64,000 nt of DNA. It comes from Haliotis cracherodii (taxonomy: Eukaryota). The position numbers and the translations under genes are program-made. Positions 37,139-50,607 of the stretch are shown here, piece after piece (within the stretch, counting starts at the first letter, position 1; each line of letters starts with the position of its first letter). The stretch covers positions 12,028,001 through 12,092,000 of the forward strand of contig NW_027266319.1 in NCBI RefSeq assembly GCF_022045235.1, written 5' to 3'. Below the pieces are notes generated by a model. That model did no database searches. It was not told where the DNA came from and saw only the letters and a program-made list of their open reading frames with translations.

Positions 37139-37745
37139 GTACGCTCACCTTTTCGCACACATATGGTATCATCACTATGGTGATTCATAAACGCATGCTC
37201 ATGATATAGTCGGAATAGAACAATCGACTCTGCTTTTGGCAGTGATTTCTTATGAATGTGGAACGGGTTTTGTCGCTTTTATTGATAGGCAACAGTCATC
37301 TTGTCCCAATCAGAAGATGTGAGGTGTTTTCCCCAAGTGATATTAATTGTGACAGAACACTGAAAGTCACGGAACTTACCACACTGACATAGTGTCAAAC
37401 ATAAAGAAATTTATGAAAAGAAAACAGAAGTATGTAATGTCATGAACATTCAGGATGTGTGATGTCTGCTTTGCTTACAGGTCGCCATTGCATGGCAGGA
37501 GAACTGCTGTGTGGCGTCAGGTGATGCTTACTTTTGTATGCAAATTGTGTGGGGTGGGTGCTACCGGAAGTCAGGACATGCTTACCGTTTTCGTGAAAGT
37601 CTGGTGTCATCACTGATTTACAGTGTTCTTTTCATATAATTTGCTATTTGCGCTATATGCCAGATGGAATCTGTACTATCGGTTAATCTTAACGAGTTAA
37701 TCCCTTGCATTGGCAATTTATATTTAACGTGATGTGCCCAATATA

Positions 37746-38693
37746 TACTGAACAACAAAAGTTCCTGTGACATTGAATAAGATTTAATGCAAAGTTATGT
37801 TTTTTTACCAAATTTAAAACAATTTCGGTTTGCAACAGATGAAAGACTCATGTAAGTGTTCAAATAGTTAAATTTGCCATACTGACTTCAGAAAAAGCGT
37901 GATTTCATAAAAAGAACATGCCAAAATGTCAATTTACAAATCAATAGCGTGTGTGTCCACCTCTGGCTGCGATGCAAGCAATACATGTTCGTCACATGGA
38001 ATGGACAAGGTGTCGCACAAAGTCCTGTGGGATATCTGTCCATATCTGCTGGACGTCTGGGGGGTCTTACGGCGACAATCCCTGCACATCTGAGGCGACA
38101 ACGTACGGTTTGTAAAGATATTGGTCGAAGGCCAGGGATGCTTCTTGCAGTCACTTTTGCTGGCTGGAGTCGATTTCGTAGGTGTGTTGTTCGAATCCAG
38201 TTGTCTTGTCGATTACTGGTTATGCGTGGCCTGCCACTCCGAAGATGGTCTCTGACTGCATTCGTCTGTTGCCAACGTTCCCATAAACAACAAATAGTGT
38301 TTCTGTAGACGTTAAATTGTCTTGCAACATCACGTTGACTCGATCTTGCTTCAAGCAAACCAATGGCTCGCAGATGCTCATTTTCGGACAGGCGTGGCAT
38401 TTCTTAATATTGAATAATTGCGTAATTTTGTTGTTTTTCCGAGTGGTTTTTGTCAGCACGATGCTAAACAATGCATATGGAATCCCGTTAACGCACGTCT
38501 TTTTTATACCCATTCTTGAAATGCATGGGGCTTGCATAAAAAATCAACCTTTGAATGGAATGCATGCTTTTCTGTAGCTGTTGCGTTTTTGTGACTTGAT
38601 TCAACATATGTACTACAATATTGAAAACCAAACATTACTTATTTGAAAACTACACTAAAATATTGGTGTCACAGGAACTTTTGCTGTTGAGTA
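37746..38693 (-). mobile_element. Internally deleted Tc1/mariner element
   Basis: TIR TACTGAACAACAAAAGTTCCTGTGACA, TA TSD, N-terminal transposase (MPRL..GRPR) from 38400; empty site at ~51170. Confidence 0.9.
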
Positions 38694-39791
38694 TATGTTA
38701 GATATGTTTGGACTTATTTTTTAAAGAATTGAGGCTATACTAAGTAAATGACACGGTATATGTTGATAAGACAAAATTCAATTTCATGTTTGGGATGACC
38801 TTATCATTGTTAAAGGCAATGATGGAAGTTAATAACTGAAATGAACACCCCAGTCAAGAATAACAATCTAAAATAATTCAAAATGTCCATTATTATCTTC
38901 GGAAATATCGCCAGATAAGTATACTGTTTGGTGTTGTGTCTTTCAATGAATGAGAAATATAACATAGTTATGTGAAAATTGAGCAACCAAAGGCTACTCA
39001 TGATGCCCCTGTTTTAAAGGAAGTAGTCTGCCTTTTTATAAACTGCAGGAAAAACTAAAATGTGAAACCCATTTCTGGAATCCATTCTCTTGTGTTTTGG
39101 TTTGTATTTAGCAAGAAATCGGCCTGAAATCTAACACACTCACTTACTAAGTATATTGCCTGTAATAAACGGGAGAAACTGAAAATATTTTGTATAATGT
39201 CTATGTGTTATAGCTAATGTTTACAATTCATTGACGTGACACTGGCGATAATGGATCATACAAAAAATATCATAATATGTCAATATGTTTCACCCGGCAG
39301 AGCATTTATTGTTTGTACACATACGACTGGAAACAATTACTGGAAGTAGTTTTGAAGGATTAACTGTCCATCAGTTCCCAACTTCAAAGCCAACTGTCAT
39401 TAACGCATTAGGAATGTTTTATGCTTGTGTAACATACACTCAAGTCCAGTATTGAAAGTGTTACTAAATGTGCTCCATTCAATGTCTAGGATGTCACACG
39501 ATAGATTCTCTTTTCATGTCCATAGAATACAATGTGTAAACATCGATGATGGAATTTGCAATGATGTAGGTTTGCAACATACAATTGACAAAGCTATTTC
39601 AGTTGTTGATGGAGTACACACATTCAGACAATGACTACACGATCCTCGCATTCGCGCATCTCTCCTGGATACGAACAAAACATTTATAGTGCCATGAATC
39701 ATTTCTAATATCGGGTCACTGCGTGTGGACGTTTTCATTGCGGTTGTCCTATTTCGTCTTCAACGATAACTACACTGACATATTTTTGGAA

Positions 39792-40997
39792 ATGTTTGAC
39801 TTGTGCAGATGTGGCTTTATCCTCCTTCTCTGTCGCCTGACCCTGGGCTCTGTTTCCTACAAAGAGAAAGACTTCCTGGACAATCTCACCTTGAACTATG
39901 ACCCAAAGATCCGCCCCGTCTTAGATGGTTCCAATACGATGGTGGGTATCACAATGGGATTGTCCACAATTTTATCTCTTGATGAAAAACAGGAAGTGCT
40001 CAGTTTTAAAGCATGGGTTATAATGATCTGGAAGGACCAGCTTTTGATGTGGAACATGACAGACGGCATTCCTGATACAGTGGCTATGCCCTTGGTGGAT
40101 GTATGGTCACCTACCATAATGAATCTTGACTCTGTGACAGACCTGAGGTATCTTTATGATGAAACGGATTCTGTGCTTGTCAATAAGGATGGTACAGTTA
40201 TATATTCCTACGCAGGTAGGTTTGACATAGGATGCAAGGTGAATATACAACAGTTTCCTTTTGATCGTCAGTCATGTACTTTTCACTTGCAAACATTCTA
40301 TGCCCCTGTAACTAAGGAATATCTTCAGGTAGCAAACAAGAATTTAAATCTGGAAACATATAACCAAAACGGAGAATTTAACCTTGTCAGTGCATCAATG
40401 GCACTGCGGAAATTCAGGATTCACAATACAGGTCAAGAATGGATAGAGGTGACCATGGTCCTGCAGAGACGAACTATGTTCTACATCCTCAACAACATCC
40501 TGCCTGTCGTGTTCCTGTCCTTTCTCAATACCTTCGTTTTCCTGCTGCCCGAGGAGAGCGGAGAGATGATGTCCCTGTGTGTCTCCATCCTGTTGTCATA
40601 TGCTATGTTCCTCACCCTCATCAACTCCTACCTACCAGCAAACTCCGACCACCTGTGTTTCTTCAGTGTCTATGTCACCCTGCTCGTGTTAATCAGCACG
40701 CTCACGTGCCTTGCCACAATATTCATGCTGATACTACACACTCATCTACAAAGGGGCATGGCTAGTCCAAGATGGCTGCCAATTGCTCTGGGATCAGACG
40801 GCAAAGTTGGGACGACTGAACCACGGATTAAGAATGACGATGTAGCTCCATACCAATCAGATGTGAAAGACAAAGCAAACAAGAAGTTAGACATGAAGGA
40901 TGCGATAATCACCAAATGTAACAGGGTGGCATTTGGGACGTTCTTCACACTCACAATTCTTGTTAATCTGATATTTTTCATCTGCGTGTCTCTGTGA
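39792..40997 (+). CDS. Atypical nAChR-like Cys-loop subunit (R3), intronless, 401 aa
   Basis: MFDLCRC signal peptide, CKVNIQQFPFDRQSC, 4 TM; ATG shared with paralogs. Confidence 0.93.
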   Translation: MFDLCRCGFILLLCRLTLGSVSYKEKDFLDNLTLNYDPKIRPVLDGSNTMVGITMGLSTILSLDEKQEVLSFKAWVIMIWKDQLLMWNMTDGIPDTVAMPLVDVWSPTIMNLDSVTDLRYLYDETDSVLVNKDGTVIYSYAGRFDIGCKVNIQQFPFDRQSCTFHLQTFYAPVTKEYLQVANKNLNLETYNQNGEFNLVSASMALRKFRIHNTGQEWIEVTMVLQRRTMFYILNNILPVVFLSFLNTFVFLLPEESGEMMSLCVSILLSYAMFLTLINSYLPANSDHLCFFSVYVTLLVLISTLTCLATIFMLILHTHLQRGMASPRWLPIALGSDGKVGTTEPRIKNDDVAPYQSDVKDKANKKLDMKDAIITKCNRVAFGTFFTLTILVNLIFFICVSL

Positions 40998-41016
40998 TGG
41001 ACACCATCACTGATAT

Positions 41017-41018
<2 letters not shown>

Positions 41019-41103
<85 letters not shown>
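41019..41103. repeat. (TA)n microsatellite in the R3 3' region
   Basis: Pure TA run, absent from R4 and R5. Confidence 0.95.
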
Positions 41104-41105
<2 letters not shown>

Positions 41106-41259
41106 AAGTCATTGCCGTCATTGCTTCCGTAACTCGTCAGAAAACTCGTTGTAGACAGTGATAGTCAAACCAGAAGGATGAGACGTATTTTATGTGTGTA
41201 TCTTCATCTGAAGGTTACTGATTAAACACTTCTATGTGCAATTTGGTGATAAGACGTTT

Positions 41260-41945
41260 AGGCAAGAGGTAAGCATCCCTTTAGGCACCATTTGTGCTCT
41301 TGATTATCTGTTTGTTTGTTCATATTAATCGGAAATTCTGCTCGGATTGACAAAAACCAAACAAGGGAATTTGACCAAGAAGTTCAACTTTAGCTTCAGG
41401 TGTATCAAGGATCTGGCATGTTTCAATAACTGTCAAATAGCGAATTTACTTACACTTATCTACTCGCCTGAACTGGAAATAAACGAGATCAGTGACTCTC
41501 TTTAAGATTTAGATCTTTGCATAATGATTTAGAGTGGCAAAACACTCTCCAAAAGGCTGTATGACCAGAGGGATGGCTTCAACTTTCCAATAGTCAACAT
41601 TCGTTTTATGTCAAGCAATATACCAGCAGTTCCAGCCTTTGGGGTCTACCATTCTCCACGTTGGAGGTACAATCGAGCATGCTCTTTCAGCGAAGATTTC
41701 AAAGAGCATCATACAACATTCAAGGCATCCGTAAAGCTTTCAAAAGGTTTTATTGTATACATGTTGAGGACATTTCCAATCTGACACACCAATGACAAAA
41801 CATTACCTCCGATGCAATTCCTTTATTATTATTTGTACCATATCTTCTCGTGTATTTTTCAGGTGAACAGTTGACTTGCGTTTGCATGTGTTTGTGACAG
41901 GTGCCATCGGTGTGGTAGGATATGCTCATCGTTTCTCTGTCACCT
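41260..41945 (+). mobile_element. Degenerate Penelope-like RT fragment (paralogous copies ~48040-48650 and ~53500-53750)
   Basis: LYDQRDGFNFPIVNIRFMSSNIPAVPAFGVY..RYNRAC. Confidence 0.7.
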
Positions 41946-43511
41946 GCTATTAACCCTATTTGATACTCATTGATTTGCAATCGTGCAATCGTAATGTTGC
42001 TTTTATTTACACCTCTAGAAACGATTACACAGTACTGAATATTGAATTTCCCTGTTTTGTATATTTTGGGATACTTTAGATTATGGAGCAGGATGTCCCA
42101 GTGATCCAGCGCCACATTTCGATATGCAATGTTCCGCCCCCCGTACATTCAAGGATCAACTTACTGATCTTTGATTGCCAGCTTGCCCTGATTCTGATCA
42201 TTGGTTTGTCAGCACCATACAAATGCTCGTTGATTCCGCCAAATTGGCACATGTGTGGTTTTTAGAAACACTTCGTTTCTGTATACTAGTAGATAAAACA
42301 CTTTCTTAAACACCTGTGGGTGGGAAAACCATTTGAGATAACTGGTATCAAACATGTGTGAGATCAAATTCCTGGTCAGTGATTGGCTACTCCGAGGTGA
42401 TAACTTTCCAGATGGTAAGTCATTAATAGGTTGCTTGTGCTTCAGTCGAATGTCCACCTACGTCTGTGTTGAACGTAATGGTTTCAGAGTGTTAATAGAT
42501 ATAGTCCCGTGTTATGGGTTTTCGGACGCTTTAGAAACGTTCGCTTATCACAAGAACTGTAAAACATCACATTCACTTATTAAAGACAGCATTATCTAAA
42601 AATCAAGCCATCGTCTGAGTATTTACAATGTCTGTTGACACCACAACCCTCGTTATAGTGGGAGTAATTCGCGATAAACATGGTCGTCTGAAAACGTTTG
42701 ATGTCCGAAAACATATGATCTGACGATATATATGTCTCTCCTCTTTAACCCTCACTTTTAAGTTGACCAAAATTCGAAATACATCACGCACACTAAAAGT
42801 TGTGAATTCTGTTGGAATTCCCTGTTCTGTGATATCATCCACTGTCATTTTAGGCAAAGCAAAATTACTGCGGGTTTAGAAATCTAAATATTGGATGTTT
42901 TGTCAAAGGATTGAATTTCAATAATAGCACATTAGTGATCACGGGAATCAGTCTTTCACCAAATCATCATTCTGAAACGTCGCCGAGGAACCTGGAATCG
43001 TTTAGAATGTTTTGGAAAATACCAAAACACGAACGCTGAAGTGCACTTTCCGCCATATTGGATAGTGTCCACGAAAATCACGTTTCAGGTATGCGGGTTA
43101 TGAATATATATTATTAAAATGTCTTTCTGATATTGCAGTGAGTTAAGTATCAAAAATATATATAGTTTTTCAGTTTTGTGTACTGCTGACAGCTACAAAG
43201 GTGAGTGAAAAATATGATGAACATTGGCACAAATCCCTTGCTAAACCTGAACAAAAGATTATTTGATTTCACGATGAAAATCCTTTTGACATGCTTTGAA
43301 TTCCCAAAAAATAAAATGTCTTTCTTTGTCAAACAGTGACAAGACTGGCACGCTTATCTGCTATTTCATTAACAGCTGTGTCTGCTGGGATACATACAAC
43401 ATCATGCGATATACTATTATATTTAGAAGTGAGAGAATTGACTACACTCAAGTTATCATGCAAACGATTCCAGAAAAATCAATTCAAAGAAGAAGGACTC
43501 ACTCTGAAACT

Positions 43512-43610
43512 ATCATTGCATCGCCCGACCAAAACAAACCCCTCATTCTCACAACTGTTGCATCTCAAACTGCAATAGGGTACATTTTAGGCCAATTTGA
43601 TCTTCATGGA
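43512..43610 (+). mobile_element. Gypsy-type pol RT/RNase H junction remnant
   Basis: IIASPDQNKPLILTTVASQTAIGYILGQ resembles ILAYPDxxKPFILTTDASxxAIGxILxQ. Confidence 0.6.
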
Positions 43611-44327
43611 GTAACTTGGAATGGTGTTGTTAATTCATGTTTTTTGTCCCTACAAGTATCTTCCTGTTCTGATGATTTGTATCGTTTCTTTTGCTCGTCA
43701 GTTTCCATGTAAAGTCATCTTAGAGTACGAACCACATCCGCGTATAAGAACACAAATTACGTCATAGGAAAGTGTATTCCAAGGTAAAAGTTAGGCCGAA
43801 AAGAAGCCATGTGTGAAAGTTGTGAAACATCATTAGACATATGCAATTTGTGCAATCACATTTAATTGGATCATTTCAACATGATATATATTTAGTTGTA
43901 TTTCAAAAATATATTTGAAAAAATGATATTGGCGAATAGGTTGAATGTCTAATATTTAAATATGGGTGTTGGATGGTATCTTTTCCTCCTCAGACTAGTA
44001 TCCAGTTTGGAGGAGAGACTTCCAAACACTCCTCTCTGAACCAGCTTGGCATCATGGGACTTCTTAAAATATATATTCAACTACGATTTGAAAAGCCAAC
44101 CAATTGATATGAATAGACCCGACTGTCACCATCATTGACATTACAGACAAAATACAAGATAACTGTGATATTGTTTTAAACATTTTCAAACCTTTTTATT
44201 CTATTTGTAGGAAACAATATAAAATCTCATTACCCTCTCTCTGACAATAGTTGTTTGTAATGCCTTATACAACTTAATCTTTATACTTGACAAAAAATCA
44301 CTCTGCTACTAAACATCACTCAGTGAT

Positions 44328-44585
44328 GTGAGTGAGTGAGTGAGTGCGTTGGGTTTTACACCTCTTTAAACATTATTCCAGTATCAGCTTCACGTGGGAG
44401 GAAAGCCCGAAGTGATGCAGGCCTCAGACGTTTACCCTTTCGGTGAAATCCAAGAGCACGGGTATGGGGCTGACAAACCTAGAAACATCGGGGTGAACCT
44501 GAATTCGAACCCACAATCATAGGTTTCTGGCGTGCCCAAGGGACCCAACTCTGCCCCTTAGACGACTGACCCACCCGTGCCCCCA
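44328..44585 (-). mobile_element. SINE family C, near full length, tRNA-like head
   Basis: Head with TCAGTCGTCTAAGG and GGTTCGAATTC; CACTCAGTGATGTGA repeated on both sides as a TSD. Confidence 0.8.
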
Positions 44586-44669
44586 CTCAGTGATGTGAAA
44601 TTGATTAAATATTCATGCAAATAACATTATTATATGCTTTCATATATCCCCTGCAAGAATATTATATTT

Positions 44670-45081
44670 ATTTCACATGTCCGATATAACTAGAAGCAGT
44701 TCTGTAAAATTGAGATTCCCACTGGTACCCAACGGCAATGCAAACCTTCATTAATTCTTCAGGAAACGACAACGATGGTATAACATTCACTCAAGTCAAT
44801 ATTCATCGCTTCATTGAATACACTGTTTAAGACTAACATGGAAGGTTCTTTATATTCATGTCTGACACAAACAATGTCCAAACATCGTAATTGTCTTTTA
44901 GCAGTAATATAGCAGCCCACATCAAATTGACAGATCCTCGCTTCGCTTTGGCACGTCTCTCCTGGATACGAAGGATACCTACATAACGTCATTAATCGTT
45001 GCAAATATTCAGTTGTCATTGCGGCTGTGCTGTTTCTTCAGCATATTCCACACTGATACAGCTTTGGAAATGTTTGACTTG
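44670..45081 (+). pseudogene. Second truncated receptor paralog stub (ATGTTTGACTTG at 45070)
   Basis: Duplicate of 36700-37138. Confidence 0.6.
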
Positions 45082-46619
45082 ATACGCTCACCTTTTCGCA
45101 AACACCTGGTATCATCACTATTTGGTAGTGATTCATAAACGCATGCTCATGATATAGTCGGAATCGAACAATCGACTTATGAACGTGGAACGGGTTTTGT
45201 CGCTTTTATTGATAGGCAACAGTCATCTTGTCCCAATGAGATGTGAGTTGTTTTCCCCAAGTGATATTAATTGTGACAGAACAGAGAAAGTCATGGACCT
45301 GCCCACAGTGACATTGTGTCAAACGTAAAAAAACTTCTGAAAAGAAAACAGAAGAATGTAACGTCATGAACATTCAGGATGTGTGATGTCTGCTTTGCTT
45401 ACAGGTCGCCATTGCATGGCAGGAGAACTGCTTTGTGGCGTCAGGTGATACATACTTTTGTATGCAAATTGTGTGGGGTGGGTGCTATCGGAAGTCAGGA
45501 CATGCTTACCGTTTTTGTGAAAGTCTGGTGTCATCACTGATTTACAGTGTTCTTTTCATATAATTTTCAGAGCTGTTTGCGCTTTATGCCAAATGGAATT
45601 TGTACTATCGGTTAATCTTAACGAGTTATTCCCTTGCATTGGCAATTTATATTTAACGTGATTTGCCCAACATATACTGAACAACAAAAGTTCCTGTGAC
45701 ATTGAATAAGATCTAATGCAAAGCTATGTTTTTTTACCAAATCTGAAACAATTTCGGTTTGCAACAGACGAAAGACTCATGTAAGTGTTCAAATGGTTAA
45801 ATTTGCCATACTATAAGTTATGTGAAAATTGAGCAACCAAAGGCTACTCATGATGCCCCTGTTTTAATGGAAGTAGTGTGCCTTTTTATAAACTGCAGGA
45901 AAAACTAAAATGTGAAACCTATTTCTGGAATCCACTCTCGTGTTTTGGTTGGCATTTAGCAAGAAATCGGCCTGAAATCTAACACACTCACTTACCAAGT
46001 ATATTGCCTGTAATAAACGGGAGAAACTGAAAATATTTTGCATAATGTCTATGTGTTATAACTAATGATTACAATTCATTGACGTGACACTGGCGATAAT
46101 GTATCATACAAAAAATATCATAATATGTCAATATATTTCACCCGGCAGAAACAACTGGAAACAATTACTGGAAGTAGTTTTAAAAGAGTAACTGTCCATC
46201 AGTTCCCAACTTCAAAGCCAACTGTCATTAACGCATTAGGAATGTTTTATGCTTGTGTAACATACACTCAAGTCCAGTATTGAAAGTGTTACTAAATGTG
46301 CTCCATTCAGTGTCTAGGATGTCACATGATAGGTTCTCTTTTCATGTCCATAGAATTCAATGTGTAAACATCGATGATGGAATTTGCAATGATGTAGGTT
46401 TGCAACATACAATTGTCAAAGCTATTTCAGTTGTTGATGGAGTACACAAATTCAGACAATGACTACACGATCCTCGCTTTGGCAAGTCTCTCCTGGATAC
46501 GAACAAAACATTTATAGTGCCATGAATCATTTCTAATATTTTGTCACTGCGTGTGGACGTTTTCATTGCGGTTGTCCTATTTCGTCTTCAACGATAACTA
46601 CACTGACATATTTTTGGAA

Positions 46620-47825
46620 ATGTTTGACTTGTGCAGATGTGGCTTTATCGTCCTTCTCTGTCGCCTGACCCTGGGCTCTATTTCCTACAAAGAGAAAGAC
46701 TTCCTGGACAATCTCACCTTAAACTATGACCCAAAGATCCGCCCCGTCTTAGATGGTTCCAATACGATGGTGGGTATCACAATTGGATTGTCCACAATTT
46801 TATCTCTGGATGAAAAACAGGAAGTGCTCAGTTTTAAAGCATGGGTTATAATGATCTGGAAGGACCAGCTTTTGGTGTGGAACATGACAGACGGCATTCC
46901 CAATACAGTGGCTATGCCCTTGGTGGATGTATGGTCACCTACCATAATGAATCTTGACTCTGTGACAGACCTGAGGTATCTTTATGATCAAACGGATTCT
47001 GTGCTTGTCCAAAAGGATGGTACAGTTATATATTCCTACGCAGGTAGGTTTGACATAAGATGCAAGGTGAATATACAACAGTTTCCTTTTGATCGTCAAT
47101 CATGTACGTTTCACTTGCAAACATTCTATGCCCCTGTTACTAAAGAATATCTTCAGGTAGCAAACAAGTATTTAAATCTGGAAACATATAACCAAAACGG
47201 AGAATTTAACCTTCTCAGTGCATCAATGGCACTGCTGAAATTCAAGATTCGCAATGTCAGTCAAGAAATGATAGGGGTGACCATGGTCCTGCAGAGACGA
47301 ACTATGTTCTACATCCTCAACAACATCCTGCCTGTCGTGTTCCTGTCCTTTCTCAATACCTTCGTCTTCCTGCTGCCCGAGGAGAGCGGAGAGAAGATGT
47401 CCCTGTGTGTCTCCATCCTATTGTCATATGCCATGTTCCTCACCCTCATCAACTCCTACCTACCAGCAAACTCCGACCACCTGTGTTTCTTCAGTGTCTA
47501 TGTCACCCTGCTCGTGTTAATCAGCACGCTCACGTGCCTCGTCACAATCTTCATGCTGATACTACACACTCATCTTCAAAGGGGCATGGATGGTCCAAGA
47601 TGGCTGCCAATTGCTTGGGGATCAGACAGCAAAGTTGGGACGACTGAACCACGGGTTAAGAATGACGATGTAGCTCCATACCAATCAGATGTGAAAGACA
47701 AAGCAAACAAGAAGTTAGACATGAAGGATGCGATAATCACTAAATGTAACAGGGTGGCATTTGGAACGTTCTTCACACTTACAATTCTTGTTAATCTGAT
47801 ATTTTTCATCTGCGTCTCTCTTTGA
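46620..47825 (+). CDS. Atypical nAChR-like Cys-loop subunit (R4), intronless, 401 aa
   Basis: Close paralog of R3; intact ORF. Confidence 0.93.
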   Translation: MFDLCRCGFIVLLCRLTLGSISYKEKDFLDNLTLNYDPKIRPVLDGSNTMVGITIGLSTILSLDEKQEVLSFKAWVIMIWKDQLLVWNMTDGIPNTVAMPLVDVWSPTIMNLDSVTDLRYLYDQTDSVLVQKDGTVIYSYAGRFDIRCKVNIQQFPFDRQSCTFHLQTFYAPVTKEYLQVANKYLNLETYNQNGEFNLLSASMALLKFKIRNVSQEMIGVTMVLQRRTMFYILNNILPVVFLSFLNTFVFLLPEESGEKMSLCVSILLSYAMFLTLINSYLPANSDHLCFFSVYVTLLVLISTLTCLVTIFMLILHTHLQRGMDGPRWLPIAWGSDSKVGTTEPRVKNDDVAPYQSDVKDKANKKLDMKDAIITKCNRVAFGTFFTLTILVNLIFFICVSL

Positions 47826-49461
47826 TGGACACCATCACTGATATAGCAGAATATAACCTGTTTGACTACCAAACAATGAAATCAGTGCCGTCATTGCTTC
47901 CGTAACTCGTCAGAAAACTCGTTGTAGACAGTGATAGTCAAACCAGAAGGATGAGACGTATTTATGTGTGTATCTTCATCTGAAGGTTACTGATTAAACA
48001 CTTCTTTGTGCAATTTGGTGATAAGAGGTTTAGGCAAGAGGTAAGCATCACTGTAGGCACCATTTGTGCTCTTGAGTATCTGTTTGTTTGTTCATATTAA
48101 TCGGAAATTCTGCTCGGATTGACAAAAACCAAACAAGGGAATTTGACCAAGAAGTTTAACTTTAGCTTCAGGTGTATCAAGAATCTGGCATGTTTCAATA
48201 ATTGTCAAATAGCGAATTTACTTACACTTATCTACTCGCCTGAACTAGAAATAAACGAGATCAGTGACTCTCTTTAAGATTTAGATCTTTGCATAACGAT
48301 TTAGAGTGGCAAAACTCTCTCCAAAGGGCTGTATGACCAGAGGGATGACCATTCCCCACGTTTGAGGTTCAATCGAGCATGCTCTTTCAGCCACGATTTC
48401 AAAGAGCATCATACAACATTCATGGCATCTGTAAAGCTTTCAAAAGGTTTTATTGTATACTTGTCGAGGACATTTCCAATCTGACACATCAATGACAAAA
48501 CATTACGTCCGATGCAATTCCCTTATTTTTATTTGTACCATATCTTCCCGTGTATTTTTCAGGTGAACAGTTGACTTGCGTTTGCATGTGTTTGTGACAG
48601 GTGCCATCGGTGTGGTAGGATATGCTCATCGTTTCTCTGTCACCTGCCACTATCCCTATTCGATGCACAAGGATATGATTTAGTCAGAATAGTACAATCG
48701 TAATGTCGCTTTTATATACACCTCTGGAAACGATTACACAGTACTGAATATTGAATTTCCCTGTTTTGTATATTTTGTGATACTTTAGATTAGGGAACAG
48801 GATGTCCCAGTGATCCAGCGCCACATTTCGATATGCAATGTTCAGCCCCCCGTACATTCAAGGATCAACTTACTGATCTTTGATTGCCAGATTTGCCCTG
48901 ATCCTGATCATTAGTTTGTCAGCACCATACAAATGTTGATTCCGCCAAATTGGCACATGTGCACTCTGGCACACTCCGTTTCTGTATACTGGTAGATAAA
49001 ACACTTTCTTAGACACCTGTGGGTGGGAAAACCATTTGAGATAACTCCGTGGTGATGACATGAGGTCAGATTATGACGGACTACTTTCCAGATGGTAAGT
49101 CATAGATAAGTTGCTGGTGCTTCAGTCGAATGTCCACCTACGTCTGTGTTGAACGTAATGGTTTTAGAGTGTTAATACATATAGTCCCGTGTTATGGGTT
49201 TGTGGACGCTTAAGAAACTTTCACTAATCTCAAGAACTGTAAAACATCGCATTCACTTATTAAAGACAGCATTATCTAAAAATCAAGCCATCATCTGAGT
49301 ATTTACAATGTCTGTTGACACCAAAACCTTCGTTATAGCGGGAGTAATTCGCGATAAACATGGTCGTCTGAAAACGTTTGATGTCCGAAACCATATGATC
49401 CGACAATATATACGTCTCTCCTCTTCAACCCTCACTTCGAAGTCGACTAAAATTCGAAATA

Positions 49462-50607
49462 TACTGAACAAAATTAAAAACTTCACGATCCTAAAATTTT
49501 AACATTTTGACCAGTTATCATTGTGGGCCCTTACTGTGTATTTAAACAGTAAAGGCCACGTATTGTCTTCAGATAACACCTGTTTTTGTGCAGGTGAATC
49601 TATAGTACAAAACTATAGCACTATAATGGCAAAATTGTTTTTTCACGTGCAACTGGTCACGTGGCCATAATACTGCACGTGTTTTCAGCCATACTTGTTC
49701 GCAGTCATTAACAAAAAAAGACAAGAAAACAAAAGTCCTTACAGCCATTTGTCATGCCACGCCTTTCAAATGTGCAACGTGAACGTGCCATCGGCATGTT
49801 GCAGGCGGGAACGTCCGTAGCTGAAGTCGCAAGGATGATGAGCTTTAGTCGACGGACTGTTTATGATTTACAGATGCGTCTACCGCAAACGGGTACCACC
49901 GCTGATCGCATTCGCCCAGGTCGACCACGTGTGACGTCACATGCAGAGGATCGTCAGATTGTCTTACGTCACCTCCGTAACCGATTTTTGACGGCTACAT
50001 CAACCAGAAATTAACTGTTTAGGGGTAGACTGAGTGCGCAAACTGTTCGAAACCGTCTGACAACTGCTCACCTTCAAGAACGACGGCCATACTGCGGGCC
50101 GATTCTGACTCAATTACACAGACGTCAACGTCAATTGTGGGCACAGCGACACTTACGATGGACTCAGAGGAATTGGAATCAAGTCGTCTTAAATGATGAA
50201 TCCCGATTTAATCTTGGATTTGCTGATGGTAGGGCGAGGGTGTGGAGGCGCCATCATGAAAGGTACGCCCAGTGTTGTATACAGGAAGTTGACAGGAAGA
50301 TTGACAGGAAGGTCTCCCGACCTCAATCCCATCGAACACGTCTGGGATGCTCTTGGCAGAAGTCTGCGCACTCTCCAGAACCAACCACAGAATTTGCAAG
50401 ATTCTCGTGCTTGGGACTTATGATTTAAACTGTTGATGTTATTACCGAATACCGTAGGTGCTTGGAACAAATTATGGTTACCACTGTTAATTAAAATCCT
50501 TCTTTGGACATTAATGATTGAAAATTACCTTCTCTGATACATTTGTCCGTTGTATATCACATATGGGATTACTTTTAAAAATGTGAAGTTTTTTATTTGA
50601 CTCAGTA
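49462..50607 (+). mobile_element. Degenerate Tc1/mariner element
   Basis: TIR TACTGAACAAAATTAAAAACTTCAC, TA TSD; MPRL..GRPR, NDESRF, PDLNPIEHVW; empty site at ~42771-42800. Confidence 0.9.

Noticed and set aside
39723-39791. N-terminal extensions of receptor ORFs from GTG/TTG starts (also 46551, 26677, and 14588 for the glucosidase)
   Set aside because: Non-ATG starts in a eukaryote; downstream ATGs give proper signal or anchor sequences, and are shared among the R3-R6 paralogs
40439-40765. Recurrent alternative-frame ORFs over M1-M3 (also 27540, 47405, 52777, 23699)
   Set aside because: By-product of the homogenised C-rich cassette; starts and ends are not conserved
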